Assembly: GCA_044892525.1 (NCBI GenBank)
Contig: CM097885.1
Location: forward strand, 13,580,001 to 13,644,000
Length of the DNA stretch: 64,000 bases
Reading direction: 5' to 3'
Origin: Schmidtea polychroa
Taxonomy: Eukaryota
Shown: piece after piece, positions 58,526 to 64,000 of the stretch
Layout: each line of letters starts with the position of its first letter
Position numbering within the stretch: the stretch's first letter is position 1
Program-made: the position numbers and the translations under genes
Notes under the pieces: model-generated
The model's input: only the letters and a program-made list of their open reading frames with translations
Told to the model about the DNA's origin: nothing
Database searches by the model: none

Positions 58526-59455
58526 TTAAAATTTGGAAAATGAAATCTTCATTGAATCCAAACGTTTTTCGAAATTCTGAAACTGATTTTCTGGCTTGTT
58601 TGGAAGAACATTGTTCCTTGAATTCTCCATGGAAGTCATATTAATTCCAGTTTTGAATTGATTGAGAAATTCCAAAAGAGCTTGATTTGATTGCAATTGA
58701 TATTGGAATAATTTCTGAAGTTTCTTCATATCAATTGAATTATTACTTAATACATCTGCAGTCATTTGTGTAACTCCAGCGTGCATATCTTGTTGATGCA
58801 TTGCATAAGGCGATTGCATCATCTTGTTTTCCTCGTTAGTCGCAGAATATTTATCTCCAAAAAATGAAAGTTTCTCTAATAATTAGTTTTTTTTTAATGA
58901 AATATAAATTTAGTTTGTTTAAATAATCAAATTAATAAAAGTTTTAAATTTAATTATTTGTCTAAGTTGAAAACCAATTTATTTTAATTATGCAAAATTT
59001 GGAAGCTTTCCATTACAATGAATAATATCAAATCTTTGCCGAGTGTGCAATGTTACTTATTGCGCATTCCTTCATCAAACCTTTGATTTTTGTTTGTGGA
59101 ATTCCCATTTTTAATAAAAGATCAAAGGTTTTTTGTTCAATTGATCCCAAGGAACCCATGATGCATGTAAACAATTCAACCTTGTAATCAAGTTTAACTG
59201 TTTGTATATCTGATTTTAATTTATCATATTTTTCCAAATTTAATTTGTCGACTCGCTCAAAATTAAATACAGAATCAATTGGACATTTCATGTCCACTAG
59301 TAGAATCGTCTTTTTCTCGGTATTTGTTTTTAAAAGATCAACCCGTTCGTTGGAAGTCGGCACAAGAAAACATTTGTGATCATCTTTAATTTTTTCCAAG
59401 CAAGCATTATGTCAATTAGTTGCTAATGATTGATTGATTTTACAAGTTTGAAGGA
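58526..59455 (-). mobile_element. Decayed retrotransposon pieces in tail-to-head order: ORF2 3' end and partial 3' UTR, then the element 5' end
   Basis: 59028-59399 is the RLE domain with a premature stop. 58842-58988 is 3' UTR. 58526-58841 is the 5' terminus GACTAACG plus the ORF1 start. Confidence 0.88.
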
Positions 59456-59699
59456 CATTTACCTATTAGAAATTGTAAATTTAGTTTTACTATTTTTATA
59501 TAGCTAGCTATTAATTTTATTTTATTAAACTAAAACGTGTACACATTAATACATTCCAGCCTAATATGAAAGACTATGGAAATTGTTATAGCAATACAAA
59601 ACTATATATAACACAAATTCAAATATCAAAGCCTACTATCATCAAAATAAGAAATTAACGGTTAGTTTTAAATTTTTGTTTGGTAATTCAATTTATTTA

Positions 59700-59778
59700 A
59701 CAACCGGCTCGGTGATTTTTTTTATTGCCAACAAATGGCTCGCGCGAGCCGGAGCGAGCCGGCTCCAGCATACCACTG
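59700..59778. mobile_element. Possible hAT-like DNA transposon end
   Basis: GC-rich GAGCCGGCTC palindromic repeats ending in ...ccactg (a TIR would read CAGTGG...). No partner TIR seen. Confidence 0.35.
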
Positions 59779-60859
59779 AATTTAGAAATGTACAAATTTT
59801 TAAAATTTTATTTTACAGTTAATATTTTTTATTATTTTTTGAATACTTCATTTGAAATTTGGAATTATATACTACTTATAAAAATTTGTTTTTTAAAGTA
59901 TTTTCTGTATTTTCATTATAATGAATAAAATAAAAAATTTATTTTACATTCGATTATTTTCAATGGTGACAAAAAATTTTAATATTGACGTTTTCGAAAA
60001 TAAAATTCTCATCAAAAAAAATTGGTAAAATATTTAAATTAGACATAAAATTATTTATTTATTTATTTTAAATGTTAGTTATTTGCGTTTTGCTGGATGA
60101 GATTGTTTAAATTTACAGGAAAAGACAAAAAATTTGTTTTTTAAAGCAATTTCTGTTTTCTTATTGTAATCAATGTAAATAAAAGAAACTATTTTATCTT
60201 ACATCCGATATTTTTTCAATGGTGACAGTAAATTTTAATATTGACGTTTTCGTTAATAAAACTCTCATCAAAAAAAATTTGGTAAAATATTTAAATTAAA
60301 AATAAAATTATTCATTTATTTACTGGATAAAATTGTTTTAATTTACAAGAAAAGACAAATTATTGGCCCAATGGAATTGAAGTAAAAGAATCAACTCCGT
60401 GAACTATTTGATAAGAATTAAGAATTATTTGGGTTTATGATCAAATTTATTTGGACTATTACAAATTCTGACACCTTGCGTCCTTAAACCGATTAATTGA
60501 TAATTAATAAATTAAAAATTCTATAATAATAAATTAAAAAAACAAATTCAACAATAAAAAGCAAAAATTAAAAATTAAGTTCAAAAAGTTAATTAAAAGT
60601 TTAGAAATATTAATATTATAAGAACGGTTTTCAAATTTCACCAATGATTTCCTTTCAATCGACATTGTATTTATTAAAAAGCTTGACTATGAATCCGTAA
60701 ATATATCGATGTTTTTGATATTCACGAATTTTCGGCACTGCGCTTTTCAAAGGAATTTGATCCAATTCACTTTTGATTAAAATCTGATTTCTATAAAGTT
60801 TATAACTCTTACAACGCGATTTCCTTCTACGTGGCCTTTTCTGAAAACGTATCTAGTGC

Positions 60860-60880
60860 GTTGTGAGAGGTTCGACTGTA
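60860..60880. mobile_element. Possible Tc1/mariner/pogo-type TIR end
   Basis: gaggttcgactg|ta reads TA|CAGTCGAACCTC on the minus strand. No partner TIR seen. Confidence 0.3.
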
Positions 60881-63800
60881 TTTAAATTAGAGCATTGTGA
60901 TATTAACGATTCGAATAAGATGGAAGGTTCTTCATTTAAGATATATATAAATTTTGATATTTATTTCAACCGAGAAAAATATTTTTCATTAAAACGTTAT
61001 AGCCAAAAATAATAAATATTTTTAAATATATTCAAATATAAAAAATGCACTGAGAGCTGTATAATTTTTTTACATAAACATTCTTTTCTGAAACGGAAGG
61101 TTTTGTCCTTAACATGTGAAAAATATCAAAATTATTTTCATATGCCGGTTTTCTTTTTATCAAAGTGCTCAACTTCTCCAACTTATGTATTAAATTTTTT
61201 GTAAAATTAACAATTATTTTAAAAACCAAGTCTGATATGGAAATTTTATTAAAAATCCTGATGAAATTTAAACCATTTCTTTAGAGTAACGGTGAGTATT
61301 TAGAAGTATTGCCACGATATTTGAATTGGCATGTAGGCTCATTGAATCCAGTAAACTTACGTAGGCGTTTTGAATGTTATTATATCCACTGAAATTTTCA
61401 TAAGGCACAAATGTATATTTGGCTGTAGGAAATTTAATATAGCCGTAAACTGAGTCTAGGATAATCGAATAAAATACAAGAAAAAGCATTTTTTAATAAC
61501 AAATAATGCAACGCAAATATTCAAATCGAGAATTTTTAGTTCTAATTTTCAACCAATCAAATGTAGCTTAAAAGCGGATAAGTTTATTCGTTTATTTTTG
61601 CGATTTCAATAATAATTTATGAGTCTTAAAAACAACTGAAATAACATTTTTTGAAAAATTAAATTAATATTATTGTGAAAATTATTTTTATTAAAATAAC
61701 TTTTTATTTTTTTAAGAGAAATATATATATATATTAGTTTATGTATTATCTTGAAATATACACTTTACTTGTCAATGTGCAATACGACCTCACCTGACCC
61801 GCACTTTATACAGTTTTTTTAAAAGTTAAAATAAAGATACTAAAATGATTTCCATTTTTCAAAGTTATAATTGCATTGCAGTTTTCAAAATACTGATAGA
61901 AAATTGTTATATATGTATATTTTTATTTAAGTTATGTAAATAACTTATTGAAATATGTTATATATGCAACGATGTTATGTCAATCATATTTTATATTAAT
62001 AGTTTATTATAGCATATTTCAATCTCTTAGGTATAAAAAAGCAAAGCAAATTAATAAAAAAAATAGCTCCGCGGTGCTGTCGATGTGTTTCTCCAAAATG
62101 AAATAAGTGAAGAAAGGAAAAAGAAACGAAAGGGGAATCTTGCAATTTTATCATAAAAATACTCAATGTTTCTTTGGTGAAACGAATACTTTTAATTGCG
62201 CGATATGGAATAAGAATGGGTTTATTAAACGTGATTCCTTTCAATGAACTTCTTAAGCTCGGTATTTCTAATAACTCATTTAGCGTTCAATAATGAACGT
62301 TTATGGTGTTTTGATGAGTTATTTTTTGGCATGACAATTGATTTCTATTTTTTGTCGAATTTAGAAAAGAGTTTAGCACTTTTCTCCTGAGTTTTTTCCT
62401 GATTTCATTTTGAATGAACTTGAGTCTGTAGATCAAATTTTTGCCATTGAGATTGACAATTTTAATAGACGACAATTTCTAAGTTTTAAGATAAGGTTCT
62501 GGCTTAGAGAAATTAAATAAAGTAATAAATAATTAAACGAAAAATGTAAGCATAATTATTAAAGTTTTCGATGATTCAATAAACATATAAGATGTCATTA
62601 AAAATCATCAATAAAAGTAAATTTAAGTGTAAAAGTCCAAAGTTTTGTAAGGATTGTTGGCACTTTCATGACTATTTTACTTCCTACAATCCGTGAACCT
62701 TTGACAATGACCATGTTGGTAAAATACACAGTGGCTGAAAATTAATGGTGAGCTCCATTGCTACTCTTTATTACATTTTCACATTATTACACATTCATTT
62801 CTAAGATAATTTATCCTTCTTGTTCATTATGATATGCTTTTCATTATCTGATGTTAATTAATGTTAATTCCAAAAATTTTCATCGAAGGTCTGTCATTAT
62901 TTCTTCTTTTACTAATTTATTCCTGGATTGTTACTGGCTGAGTATGATTTTCTTTGTGAGCGTATATGCGAAAAAAAATGTTAGACATCCGACAGCCAGA
63001 CTTTGACGGTGATTTACTCTATTTCAAATCGATCTTGAATCTCAAGTCAAGCTCTCCGAAACTATAATTTCTCCTTATAGTCAATCAATCATAAATCAAT
63101 CTTTGAAGTTTGTTCTACCTAGATCCGAATCGAAGTTCCTATCACCAGCCCAACTCCGATAATTCGGTAAGTCAAGAACAGGTGCTTACCATCGGGTTGG
63201 AAAATTTCTGGTCAGTCGAAATATGATGGGCTAGTATGGCAGTCACTCGCTCTAGCATAAAGTTATAATAAGATTATACTTAAATTTACTAATTCACATT
63301 TGAGAGTTATATAGTATAGAATCGAATGGAGAACAATGGAAATTAAAAACTAGTTCGTGGATCTTTATCGGGAATAAATGAAAATAATTTCGGGAATGGT
63401 ATGATGTCATTAAGGGGTATATATCTAAATTATGAATACGTTTCAGATTATTTAACGCTCCTGGTGTGACACTGAAGGAAAATGAAGGAATTCCTGTCAG
63501 TCAGTTTGAACTTAAGAGAATATAAGGTTTAAGCCTTCTGGCAACCGTAATTCGATTTTCTCTAAACTCAAACTAGTTGTTACAGTTCCAAAGCCACTTT
63601 GTGACAGATACTATTTTGGCGGATCAAGTTGTGCGGTTTGTTGGTAGTATTCTACAAGAACTCAGCACAATCAACAGTTTGATGGCCGATAATATTGCGC
63701 TGCATAAAAAATATGAATTTTATAAAGCGTACAGAAGGCTAGCTCATAAGGTGGTCGGCACTCAGATCAACAATGTAACGTCTCGAACAAATGCACAACG

Positions 63801-64000
63801 CGTATAGAACTATCATGTAAAAATCAGACGGTTAAAGCTGTAACTATTTGTCTTTATTTCTAATTTTCAAACATGTGAAATTACTTTATTTGCTATAAGT
63901 ACCCCATTTTGGATTAACAAACAATCCCTAAGATTTTTAGTGGCAATTAATTTTCTAATTGTTATAAAAACGAAAGAAATTACAATATTTGAATTTTATA

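Noticed and set aside
59725..63807. Short ORFs in the last 4 kb as host genes
   Set aside because: No recognisable domains, mostly non-ATG starts and AT-rich composition. Spliced exons cannot be excluded but cannot be supported.

Overview
AT-rich eukaryotic DNA, probably from an invertebrate animal (host not determinable with certainty). About 1.4-41.6 kb is a tandem array of intronless tRNA-Arg(UCU) genes on the minus strand: 268-bp unit, 45 complete copies in 5 blocks. The array is repeatedly invaded by one family of RLE-type (NeSL/R2-superfamily) non-LTR retrotransposon. All three visible 3' junctions fall at the same nucleotide of the tRNA (between nt 19 and 20, D-loop). One copy (6931-14417) is full length with a perfect 20-bp TSD. 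The element has an 845-aa ORF1 and a 1531-aa Ulp1-protease/RT/CCHC/RLE ORF2. The two ORFs are in the same frame and separated by one UGA followed by a long stem-loop, which suggests programmed readthrough. A 6399-bp mosaic cassette is tandemly duplicated inside the array. It carries diverged relatives of the element and the 5' end of a 28S-type R2 element with an HDV-like ribozyme core. Beyond 48.9 kb are Polinton/Maverick remnants (capsid C-terminus, adenain-like protease, RING ORF), (ATT)n microsatellites, motif-rich repeats, a decayed retrotransposon copy and unannotatable AT-rich DNA.
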